Shown here: piece by piece, positions 13,369 through 24,469 of the stretch | Position numbering within the stretch: position 1 is the first letter of the stretch | Layout: each line of letters starts with the position of its first letter | NCBI GenBank assembly: GCA_049724395.1 | Contig: JAUGWO010000097.1 | Coordinates: forward strand, 1-64,000 | Direction of reading: 5' to 3' | Length of the DNA: 64,000 bases | Origin: Spongospora subterranea f. sp. subterranea | Taxonomy: Eukaryota | Notes under the pieces: generated by a model | Seen by the model: only the letters and a program-made list of their open reading frames with translations | Told to the model about the DNA's origin: nothing | Database searches by the model: none | Program-made: the position numbers and the translations under genes

Positions 13369-14238
13369 ATGGTCGATGTTCCTGACGCTCTAACCGCCTC
13401 TTTGACTGTATATCGTGGAAGTGAAGAGCGTAGCCGACGTATAAGATTTACCCAGGCAGAATCAAACAACATTCAGTTCAAGCTTTCTCAAGGCTATCAC
13501 GTTGCACACGCTGTTATTATCCAGCATCTTAGGACAACGCTACCGCAAAACACTCATGCTCAGCTAGTGAACTTGACGATAAAGTTGAAGCCTTCCGTTG
13601 ACGCTAGACAAAACAGGTTCATTGCGATGTCAGAAGATGACTTCGACATTCCAATTCGTCGCTTGTATAGGAATCGTGTCGTCCGTCAACGAGCTTTGGC
13701 GGACGACATTGGTATTCCTTTCATTGTTTACCTTGTGGATGGAGCACAAACAGCACAACGAACTTCTGGAACAACATCATCTTTGCGGCGAGCCAACAGT
13801 AGCCAGAGTTATGGCGGCAACTGAGGAAATCAATGCAAGACTTCGCGACGAGCCTTTGGTCTTGCCTCAAGATCAACGTATTGGGGATGTTACTATGGAC
13901 ATTTGGGCACGCAGGAGGGCTCGGAACCCGAACCCAGAACCTATACCTGACCTTCCTCAAATAACGCGATACGACAGGCTCTGCGAATTGACAATTTACG
14001 CGAGGGTGGTCCGCAACGAGCGATTGCTGGTGTCGAATATGTCGATATTCCAATCGAAATATTGACAACTGCACCGGGATCAATAAGATTGCACATTCCA
14101 ACATTGCGACAGGCATTAGGGCTACCACCGTATCCGTTGTTCGCTCAAGATATTGTTAATGTCGATAATGCCCCATTTGTGCAGAGAGTTGGCACCGATA
14201 TGGAGGTTATCGATCATCCTCTATCCGACGATGACTAA
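13369..14238 (+). CDS. Uncharacterised transposon-associated protein (~290 aa after correcting two 1-nt frameshifts)
   Basis: Three consecutive frames join at ~13793 and ~13958: MVDVPDALT..SLRRA/TVARVMAATEE..PDLPQ/NAIRQALRID..LRQALGLPPYPLF..DMEVIDHPLSDDD*; no introns seen. Confidence 0.7.
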
Positions 14239-15225
14239 ACAAAGAATTTGTCCTGTATTAAATCTCTGTCTCCGTACCCACACGAAGCATAAAAATTATG
14301 TCCAGAATGCTGGAAGTTGGTGCAAAGTGGCATCGCAGCCTGTAAAACCTTGTCAGGGCACTCACGAAACACCAAATCAGCGTTTTTCGTGAGCCACGCC
14401 TTCAGCAACCCGAATCCTTTTTCGATTGGATTCAACTGAGGTGAATACGGAGGAAGATATATAATTCTTGCCCCGATTGTATGAATCACATCCTCTAATT
14501 CTTTGTATAAATGAATTTTGGCGTTGTCCAGAATTACGATGCTTCTTGGCATTGGCCACGGTTGGAGAAACGGGCAGATTGATCGTAAAAATGCATCGTG
14601 AAACTTCTGCCGAGTGAAAGTATCTGCAGTTGTCTCCCAGGAAAAGAATCCTGTTGTGTCAAAGGCTGCCAATATAGAAACTCGAGCTCCCCTTTGAAAA
14701 GGTTGATGCACGATCGCAGGCGTATTCACCCTGGACCATCCATGGCGTCTAAGGCAATCCCGCCCATCTTTGCTGCTTTCGTCAATGAACACCAATTGTT
14801 CGGGGTACGAGTATATCGGCTTCAGCTTGAAATAGAACTCTTTAGCCTGTTCAGGCTGACTCTCTCGAGCTCGTTTTTCTAAGACTTTTCTGGTAATCAT
14901 GAGGTCGTGTCGCAGAGCACGGCATATGGTCGGAATCGAAATGTTGTTCAATTCAGGAAATTGTGTTCTCAGTTCGTCCTGCAACTCCTGGATATAAAAG
15001 CACGGATTTACATTGAGAAACTCCTGAATAAAGCTGTAGACTTCTGGATCCCAGCGAGCAGAGCGTCGCCTTGGCTGGCCAGAATAAACGTCGCCATCAA
15101 AAACTTCGCATCCAACGTTTGATGCTCTTTTCGCTCGGTCCAAGGATCAACGCGCAATTAGCCAGCGGCGTTGCATACACATAATGCAGGACTAAGCAAC
15201 GCCACCGCATATCCTTGCTCCACAT
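14235..15225 (-). mobile_element. IS630/Tc1-family DD34E transposase, one frameshift near 15100
   Basis: FIDES..ILDNAKIH..LPPYSPQLNPIE (34 residues between second D and E); N-terminal MWSKDMRWRCLVLHYVY in the adjacent frame. Confidence 0.92.
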
Positions 15226-15379
15226 CGCGACCACTGTTTTGATACCCACAGACCTATCAATTTTGTCCCCATTCAGATGGGGACAAAAATGCCCAATCAC
15301 TCAACAAGGCAAGTTTAAGAAAGTAAAAGCCGGTATTTGATAAACCTACAGTGGAGCTAGAGTCATTTTCAACTTCTAA

Positions 15380-16790
15380 ACCGGGAATTCATACAAATAG
15401 TTCATCCAAGTTTCTTGGGATTCGGTATGTTGTATAAATTGAAGTGCGTTAAAAATCCCAGGTCCAGAATGTTGAAATCTGGACTGTTTTGGTGGCTGAC
15501 ACACCAGCGTAATATCATAACCATCTTCCTGCGCACAAAGTCGGAACTGCTCGTGATCAGGCTTGATATGCGGCCGAGCATTATCTTGCTGAATATAGAT
15601 AGGAGCAGACCTTGAAAATTTCGTTCGAATGCAGGTAGAACCTTTGTCAACAGGGCGTCAACGTACTGTTTTTGATTAACTATCGCAGGCTTCGTCACCG
15701 CTGTACCCCTTTGGCGGTTTATGCTCGACCGTTTTGCAGGTTCCGAGGTTACGAACGGCCAGATGCCAATTTTTCCGTCAAAAACGCAATTATTCTCGTC
15801 ATCAAATCTTGGTCGAGCAACAGCTGCAAGGAACATAATTTTTCCAATAAATTTCTTGCTCTTGCATGAACGATTGGGTTCTTCTTCGTCTGCCGTCAGA
15901 TAAAATGTGGCGCGGTCGCGAGCAAGATAAAACCATTTTTCATCAATATACACTATGTCAAACATTTCTCTGAATTTTGGTGATGTAGAAATTGAAGAGG
16001 GCTCAAGCATCGAAATACAAAAATTGATTCGAGCAATCTTGTTACATTCAGTGAGAAGAGGCTTTAACGAACTTGTATGACGCCGGATAATGCCTTTTTT
16101 TAAGTTGACGATGTAATGTAGCGGCAGAAATGCCTGTTGCTGCAGATAAGTGTCTAAGGGTGTTCTTTTTGCTCAAAGGAACGGTAGCGACATCGGAAGA
16201 AATGATCGGGTATTTTGGTTTTTGCCCGCAGTTCTTTTTCAGATGCGATACAACTGCTGCTGTGGCTCCTGCTGCCAAATTATATTTTCCTCGATGCCAA
16301 ATCCGGATAATTGTGAGCCAAGATACGTTGAACTCGGCCCCGATAACAGTGAACTCCCCCTTTTTGGGTTTTCCAGTGATATCCAACATCGTCAAAAGGT
16401 TGTGGTACACAGCTGTGCGAGCATCGTTAACCGTTTCCGGTTGGTCTCCTCATCTGCAACTTGTCCATCGGCAGCAGGAACGTTCATTTGATAATGAACG
16501 TATGCAGTTCAAGAGTGAATACAGTAATAGAGGAAGATGATGTCTAACAGGCAATAAACGTAACCATCCTAACGACAGCACCATCATCATCACTCAAATT
16601 GCACTACCCGCAAATCTCCAAAACCAGGTTCAAACACCGATATTCCATAAAAACATACAAACGCTTCAAATTTTGGACAAGATCAAGTTGCATCACAAAC
16701 TTGCGACCACAAAAAATTGGATTTCCAAACTAGAAAATTGAGCTTATTCCAAACAAAAAGTCGATCGGTTATTTTGAAACGGAGGTAGTA
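15380..16790 (-). mobile_element. Mariner-like DD39D element, frameshifted, only one TIR visible
   Basis: YIDEKWFY, KIMFLAAVARPR, FDGKIGIWPF, QQDNARPH..NSPDFNILD (39-residue spacing after frameshift correction); TIR tactacctccgtttcaaaataa (reverse complement of 16769-16790). Confidence 0.9.
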
Positions 16791-16799
16791 TAAGATGAC

Positions 16800-17700
16800 G
16801 GCCCATATCCCCTTAACGGGCAGGCGGGGATACAAGGCGCCTTCAACTGAACGGAACTACAATCCAACTTGAACCGGAACGCGGACGGACTTGAGATATG
16901 TTAGGCATGATGGCGGCTGAGAACGATGTGATAGAATGGCGAAGTTATGAGATATAATTCTAACAGGAAACAATGGGCGATATGAAGATGTTCAATAGCG
17001 ATTAATACGTGACTGATGAGGTAATGACAGTGTCTAGAGCACATGATGAGATTATTTCACAACTAAATTAGAACCTATCGTGTCGATTCCTGGGCACAGC
17101 CCCTACTCCTTATCAGATAATAATCTGGACATTAATTAGATATCGGCAACAGAATTACATGATGATCAGCAGGCAAGGGAGGGTTATGATCCGGACGCTT
17201 CGTCGCTTGAGCTGTCCTTCGATCTGACAGTTCGTCGCCTGATTGTCGATATCCGGTTTTCCCAATAAACACCATGACTGGGATTATATCGCCTTTATAC
17301 CAAGACGTCATTAGTTGTCGAGGTTCAACCGTTGTTTCCACTCCATGGTCTCTACTATTCTTGCATTATGTGTTGTGCGATAATTAATGAAAATCGTCTA
17401 CATCTTTCGTTAAACAGTTTCCTTGTTTGTTGCTGATCGATTGTGATGGTGTGGACTTTGACGTTATGTCAAATCCACTAAATGTCATTGGCGATGATGT
17501 GTTCTGTTGTTTATGGCGCCATATTCCGCTGGCACCATCTTCTCGTATCGCTTTCAATACATGACCAAACGGTGTCAGTCTTGGATTGTGTTCAGGGAAA
17601 CTCCCCAAAGTCTGATGAAAACCAATCTCATAATAGATTACTGTCTATCACAATAGTGTTGAACACGATCATTGTTGGTTATAATCGGCATCAATAGGTG
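16800..17700 (-). CDS. Possible multi-exon hypothetical protein
   Basis: Consecutive same-strand ORFs 17384-17608 and 17132-17341 separated by an intron-sized gap; no recognisable family. Confidence 0.3.
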
Positions 17701-17835
17701 ACGAGGCCTCGTGTCAATAACCAGGCCAATATCATAAGTTGATAGCGATAGGAGCGGGGTTACGAGTTACGACGTACTCCGATCAGATGGCGCCATTCTC
17801 CGCGGCCTGACAGGCGGATTAGCCGTCTGGAGCGG

Positions 17836-18803
17836 ATGAAGGAGCAGGACCGACACCATCATCCCATACAGTCTGATACTGATTCCATGGCCGATAATGA
17901 CCCTGATTTAGATGAGGATTTCTCATCGGCTGTTGCTCTTCTAACCGCCTCCAATATTAAATTATCAACCCAGGACCAATTGGATCTCTATGGACTGTAT
18001 AAACAGGCCACAATGGGATCCTGTAATATAGCTAGGCCAGGGTTATGGGATTATAAAGGGAGATCTAAATGGTCGTCATGGATGGCGCATCATAACATGA
18101 GGTTCGAATTAATCCATATATGGACCTGGCCAGACCCAATCAACAATAGTTCCACAGGAACGATAAGGCCAAATCACTATATGTGGAAATGGTGAAGAAG
18201 ATGATGGGAATTGCGATGGATGATAAAGGCGGTGATAGAGATGGTGATGGGCCAGATCAGACGACAGACGATGCCCTAGCTCCATCGGTTAGTCGAATGG
18301 TATTTGTTCCCGAGTAAGTGGTCAGTTCGTGTTCGTTATCGGCTGTATTATAACGAGGATTGTTGACGGTTCTAGAGAGGAATCGATAACAATCTGGGAT
18401 ATAGCGTCTGATGGGGATATAACACGACTCGATAGTCTATTATCATCCAATACCACAAATGTCAATGATCGTGATGAATTAGGCAGAACGTTAGTTATAT
18501 TCAGGCACAGCACAATTCCAATTATTCTAATCGATCGATGTTGAACCTTTTAGGGCGCTGCATTTCGCTTGTGATCGTGGCCACTATCAATTAGCTCTGA
18601 CACTATTGAAAAAATATGGGGCGATGATCGATTGTCAGGACCTATCAGGATCAAGTCCATTACATTATGCGGTGTGTTGTGCCAGACCAGATCTGGTTCA
18701 GGCACTGCTTCACCATGGCGCTAATCCCAATATACCCGATCATGAAGGGCGTTATCCAGTTGATGATGCCACACCAGATATCCGCCCTCTATTTACTTCT
18801 TAA
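17836..18803 (+). CDS. ACBD6: Acyl-CoA-binding domain plus ankyrin repeat protein, 4 exons
   Basis: QLDLYGLYKQATMGSCNIARPGLWDYKGRSKWSSW (ACBP), then GRTALHFACDRGH and GSSPLHYAV..HGANPN ankyrin repeats. Confidence 0.88.
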
Positions 18804-20376
18804 TATCTAACATCATATCAAATATCATCGCGATTCACTTATTAAATGAAAATGTGGGCAATATTTGAGCGATATGGCGCTTCAGTTTTATAGTCATAAA
18901 AATACCTATCAGATCATGTCTTTATCACTGCCTAGATCACCTTTCAACCCAATTTTCCTTGTGAAAACGATATTTTCTTATGAGGTTTGTTCAGGTTTGA
19001 TGTAGTTGAGAGACCCCGATCTCATCTACCCCCTTTTCACCAATCACCACCACACAGTCCTTGTTGGCCCATTCGCCTCCATCCCTTTTAGAGTAACCTG
19101 GTGATTGGGATATTTAAAAACGTCCACGAAGGGTCGCAATTTAGACAATAGACGAGTCGAATGCAGTTTTATCTCCAATTCGCTGGGAGGCAGACCATCA
19201 AACAGACAGCCGTGATTTAATGAGAATCAACACATTCAAAACAAGTACAAAATTGACGGTCGGTGTGTTGCATGACGAGAATCAACTATGGCAATATTCT
19301 GTAATTGTTGGGACGATTGTTTTGTTTGAAAATATGGCGAATTCGATAAATGTTAGGCCAATCGCTAAACGGGCAGTGCAATTCAGAAATCGAGGCGGTC
19401 CGATAGCCAATAGAACAAGGTGAATGAGCCATAATACAGATTGAGGTGTGGGGATATCAATAGTCAGGTATAGATATATGGAATTAGAACACAATATCTC
19501 AACAGCCATTCCGATTACGATTGACCCGCATTATCAACTGTTCAATCATCACATGGAATGGAACAAAAACCCCCAACCTATATGACAACAAGATATATCA
19601 TCTCAACTTTTGACCTCAACATCAACACGAAGAACTAATTTGGGATAAGATGAACGAACAGGCTAACAAAAGTGAGCGCCAACGCATACGGTGAAGACAC
19701 AGTTTACATACAATATCGCCACTCGTGCCATTAACAAAGCGAAATCACAAATACATAGAGGGGAGTGGACCGTTTGGTTGTAATCCATGATGGATCGCCG
19801 ATGATGGAGTGGGTTCTTCCCCCCCGTTTACTAGGCCACGTCCTCGAACACACAGGTCGCGACCGCCCCATATTCCACATCTTACCCCAAACTTCATATA
19901 GCCGGCAACTCTAGCAGTCCCATCATCGACGCTCCAGCATGGATCACAACCAGATGGTCTATTCTTACTAGGACGACGGTTAAGAGACGATGTTAAAGAT
20001 AAACGCCCTGATGGAATGGCGAAAGGCCAGTCAGATGATCGGTTATCACATTGGTCAAGTTTTGGAGCATGTCTAAAAAGGTAAATCATCATCTCTTGAG
20101 CAGCACCGCCCTGCAATACATAAACCATTTCAACAAGGAGATCTGGGTCAATGATGAGTTCCTGTGTGTGATGCAGCGGAACGGAGCGGCCCGGGACTAT
20201 CCGACACTGGACTGGAGCGGGGCCGTGTAGCGCCATGGCTAGGGTACTGGGGCTGGGCACTGGATTATGGGTCAGAGGCGGTCAGTACTCTCCTCACCGT
20301 GCCTTACCCTCTTTCATTCGCTGATAATATAGTCGGGCCTGGCCTCGGGGCCTTCCTGAACATTGTTTTACCTGGG

Positions 20377-20906
20377 ATGGCCTTTAGGGATTACGTCCCT
20401 GATGGCTCTAAACGACCCGCTTTATTCGCTAATAACAAGCTAGAGAATAACACGAAAAGGGGCTATGTTATCATTCCGGTTCAAGAGGAACAGAAAACTG
20501 GGAAAGAGTTATTAGATGGGGAAATTGGGGTTGATGATGCCCTTGGAGAGATGTCCCAAGTTATTCAGAGACTCAATATAATGAGCCAGCATATCGGGGA
20601 TGAATTGGCAGAACAGAATCAGTAATACCTTCAATACCGCTCTCTCATATCAACACAATACTCATTGATCTCGTTAGGTTAGTTGAGGAACTGACAGACG
20701 ATGTGGCAGAATCTCAAATGAGAATGGAGATAATCGATAAGAAGCTGCAACAGTTCATTAGGCGGTCTGGTGTGTGAATCATGTGTTTTTCATTGATATT
20801 GGGGGTCAATTGATCATGATTATTAATAGGAATGACACAATTCAAGATCATCATCACCTTAACCATCATCTTAATATCACTTATAGCGTTAATTATATAT
20901 TCATAA
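20377..20906 (+). CDS. Short Qc-type SNARE (syntaxin-6/8- or Bet1-like), 3 exons
   Basis: DDALGEMSQVIQRLNIMSQHIGDELAEQNQ|LVEELTDDV SNARE heptads with central Q; C-terminal transmembrane IIITLTIILISLIALIIYS*. Confidence 0.85.
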
Positions 20907-21011
20907 ACTAATCTAATCATAATTCTATGTTATATACTCTGATTACCGATCAACTACAGTCGCTCTGGATCTTGTACAAAATAATGTATTTTCTTATAAA
21001 CACAAGAGGAT

Positions 21012-21432
21012 TTACACTTCGTCCTCTCTCAAAAGCATATTAGGAATTCCAGAGGAGATATTGTAGGTTCTGCCACAACCATCACAGCAAAGTTGTCCTT
21101 CCTCAACATGTGTCTAATAGCAGAGGTGTCAGATATTGGGGAAAACAGGTCTTTATCATCGACAGACTTACGTCGAGTAATAATGTGTGTAATTGTTGTA
21201 GTTGATCATGATCATTAGCTATCGCGTCAACATGATCTGGAATATTGGCAGATAACTGCTTGGCGACATCAACAAGGGTCGGGTATTCGATTGTTGACAG
21301 GATGTGGCTAATAAAATCAGGGTTGAAATCGGATTCGCCTTGTTCGACTTTCACAGCATCAATACGAAGTGGGTAGTTTTTGGGGCAGTTCCTCACAACA
21401 CAAATAAGGTGATTATGGGTAAGTATCCGCAT
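21012..21432 (-). CDS. TRM112: Methyltransferase activator Trm112, 2 exons
   Basis: [56 protein letters not shown]. Confidence 0.95.
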
Positions 21433-22211
21433 CGGTAGGGAATATCGACAGTCGACAACGACAATCCGCTCTTAGGCAAAGACGGTAAGACTATCTGATT
21501 GATTAAACCTCATCTTGAAAACCAGTCAACAAAAACCCGCTGACAAATTGGTCCGTCACGGACTCCGTAAATCCCAGAGGCCGTTCACTCACAGCGTCTG
21601 TATCTAAGTGAAGTTTGGATGATGGTAGTCCAAGATGATACCGATATTCGATTCATGAGTTATGACATATGTGAATCAACCTCATCCCTTAATGCCTCAT
21701 ACGTTATTCGTCTGGCCCTGTCTTAATACATCTCCTTACAATGGACCTCGTGTCTTTACTGTTTTGGTTTTTTATTATCATGCCCTTAACCTATATCATA
21801 CGGTTCGATAGATTATTATAGATATTCCATTCCGATTAAGTTAAGGAATTGTAATCTCCTTTCCGAATCCAGATTGCTAGGACTTGTCTACAACGCGATT
21901 TTAGTCGCCTTTAAGTGTTGAATGGGTTGTTTGCCATCATAGGATACCATGTGTATATTGATTTCCAAATTGACAGGATGTAAGGCTCAAAATATGAGAT
22001 TTTTAAGCTAGCATTGATCAGGTTAACATCCAAATTGGGCAATGGATTGGCACCAATTGCAGTTTAAAAAAAATCAGGTTTGGTATCGCATCGTCCGACC
22101 AAATTCAACATTGTGAAAACAAACAAATCAGCGCGGCGTGGCAATGACTCCATTAGTCCGTTGTTATTGACTACCACGTCTATCGTCAACACGCGTCTGC
22201 ACAACAATTTG

Positions 22212-23545
22212 ATGGACGTCCGCATTGCCGTCATGGCCCTCCGAATGCGGGCGACAGACAGCAACGGGGCCTATGCAGTCATTGCACGCCCCAAAACTGA
22301 ACCGGCAATACCTATATTTGCCGAACTACTTTATTGCCTGACTGGCGGACAGTGGGTGTTGTCGGTCACGGAGTATTATGATACAGTCCGTAGAGTGTTG
22401 GAGTATTATTTTCAGGGGGTCAGCCAATTAACACATCCAATACCAATATCAATAACCCATATCTTATTTCAAGACTTTCGGGGAAATGGATATCAGGTTG
22501 CAATAATCTGGTTTACATGGTGGGTATCCCAACAGAATTTCCACGATGTTTGTGGGAGAGAAGCGATGATGAGGACTTACCGTCATTAGGCGACGAGATC
22601 GAGGAGCGGATCATGTTCCTCGCTAGATCGATGCAATTACCATCTTCATATGATCGTGATTGCGTCCTCATACTCCAGTACTTTATCAAATTGTTGACCT
22701 CCCGACCCCATCCCGCCAATCTCTCTCGCCCTCACCTTGACGCCTCTATCCTATCTGCTGTATTAGCCACAGCTCGTGTCCATCATGTTCCACTATCGCT
22801 ATACGATGCCGTTTCCCGCCTCAGGTACGATGTCGCTGTCCTCAACAATGGATATCATCATTTCGGGGCCATCATCCCGTTCCCTCAGTCTAATCCTACT
22901 ATATATTTCCCTCGCGTCATTGCATCCCTTGGTCATGATTTCCCTGAACTGCATGAGATCGCGTGTAAACTGGTCGATATTGGATATGGTCAACTGGTGA
23001 CGGTTGGACGCCCTGCCCCTGCTATAGCCGCCGCCTGTGTGGTCCTGGCCTGGAGGGGGATCAGCAAACGGCAAGTATCTAATGACGTCATCGCCATGAT
23101 CGAGAAAGAGATCAAGATCCCGTTTCAGATCGAAACCGACCTGATCCTGGCGTCATGCTCTAGATTGGCTCAATTCTTTCCATTTGATATTCCCATGACG
23201 ACACAGTCCATCGATATATATCTACCTGAAATCATTGTTAATCTGGACGGGCTTATCGCCCTGGATATGTTTGTTTCAACCAATCTGAAAGGGTCGGGGC
23301 CGCTTATCACTGACGAAGTGTTAAGAAGGGTTGACAGATGTAAAAGCGTTATTCGAGTTTGCCGTCGCCTTCAGGACGATGTTGCTATCAATGTCAATGA
23401 ACTAGGAATCGATATTCTTCGTGATCAACGTATCAACATTGAGGAATCCTGTCGCGGCTCCTCTGACGAAACTGTTGAGATTCTAATCCGCAAAGGGATA
23501 CCTTTAACATCAATAATTGACGGCGATTACAATGTACATGTATAA
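22212..23545 (+). CDS. TFIIB/Brf-related cyclin-fold protein (5' exon structure uncertain)
   Basis: 342-aa ORF with VGRPAPAIAAACVVLAWR (TFIIB repeat GRxP..AA) and SAVLATARVHHVPLSLYD. Confidence 0.55.
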
Positions 23546-23594
23546 AATATATTATTCGAACAAATTGTTAGATTATTGGCTGGGAAGTTTTGAA

Positions 23595-24292
23595 GTGCGA
23601 TCATCTCCAACGAGAACGAATTTACCGTTTTGAACTGAACGGAAAATCTCGGAGAAATCAGCCCAATGGGAAACCAGTTCTTTCTGATACAGTCTCGAAC
23701 ATGAGCAGTTATTGAGGCGAATGGCAGTAGCTTACTTGAGCAATGCGGTCCTTATCTTTTGGTTGAATAGTTTCCTCTATCTTGATCAGGACAGTATTTC
23801 TGATAAGATCAGAGCCGGATATGTCTTTAACGCCATAAACATCATCAAACATTAGATTGCAATCATCAATGCTTAACCCATTGCTGTTTGCTATTGCATA
23901 TCTTTGAGTTAACGAATTGGGTACGTGCCCACGAGACAATCCATACCAATTTGATTACGAGCGAACACTGGCCGCATCGTATTAACTAACAATGCCACTA
24001 AAAACCCAAACAAAAACGACCAGAAACGGCACAAAACATACTTAACACGTCAGCACAATCATTGACGAAACGATCAAACTCGGATCGGACCATAAACCCA
24101 ACACCCTCTCGATCATATTCCGACCACAGCCGCCCCAACGTCTTCTCATCCAGATCAAATAATCGTGGGAGATTGGCCGAGAGAAAATTACAACGGAAGC
24201 CTGATTGCAAAATATTACAGATTGACAGCAAAAAAAATCATTTTTTGACCTTCCTTCTGCGCCAGTTTCTTCTTCCACAATCGAGCCCTCAT
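23595..24292 (-). CDS. EF-hand-like hypothetical protein, multi-exon
   Basis: LWSEYDREGVGFMVRSEFDRFVND EF-hand-like loop; neighbouring same-strand ORFs separated by intron-sized gaps; ends approximate. Confidence 0.5.
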
Positions 24293-24469
24293 AAAAAATT
24301 CAAAAGGGATAATGTTGATCGTGTTTTCACTGTCAGCGCGTAGAGAATTGGACTTTGTTCTGTTGGGCTGAGTCGGTCTGTCACTCTATAACACGGGCTG
24401 CGTCCACTGTGAGACTTGGGCTGCTCCCACTGGCACACTAGTCTGTGTTAAAGTGTAATGACTGTGATC

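Noticed and set aside
13369..14238. Fanzor/TnpB nuclease next to IS630
   Set aside because: No RuvC catalytic motifs or CxxC zinc finger in any of the three frames
19282..20260. Minus-strand ORFs of 171 and 75 aa
   Set aside because: No recognisable motif or convincing splice pattern; may be a gene but cannot be supported
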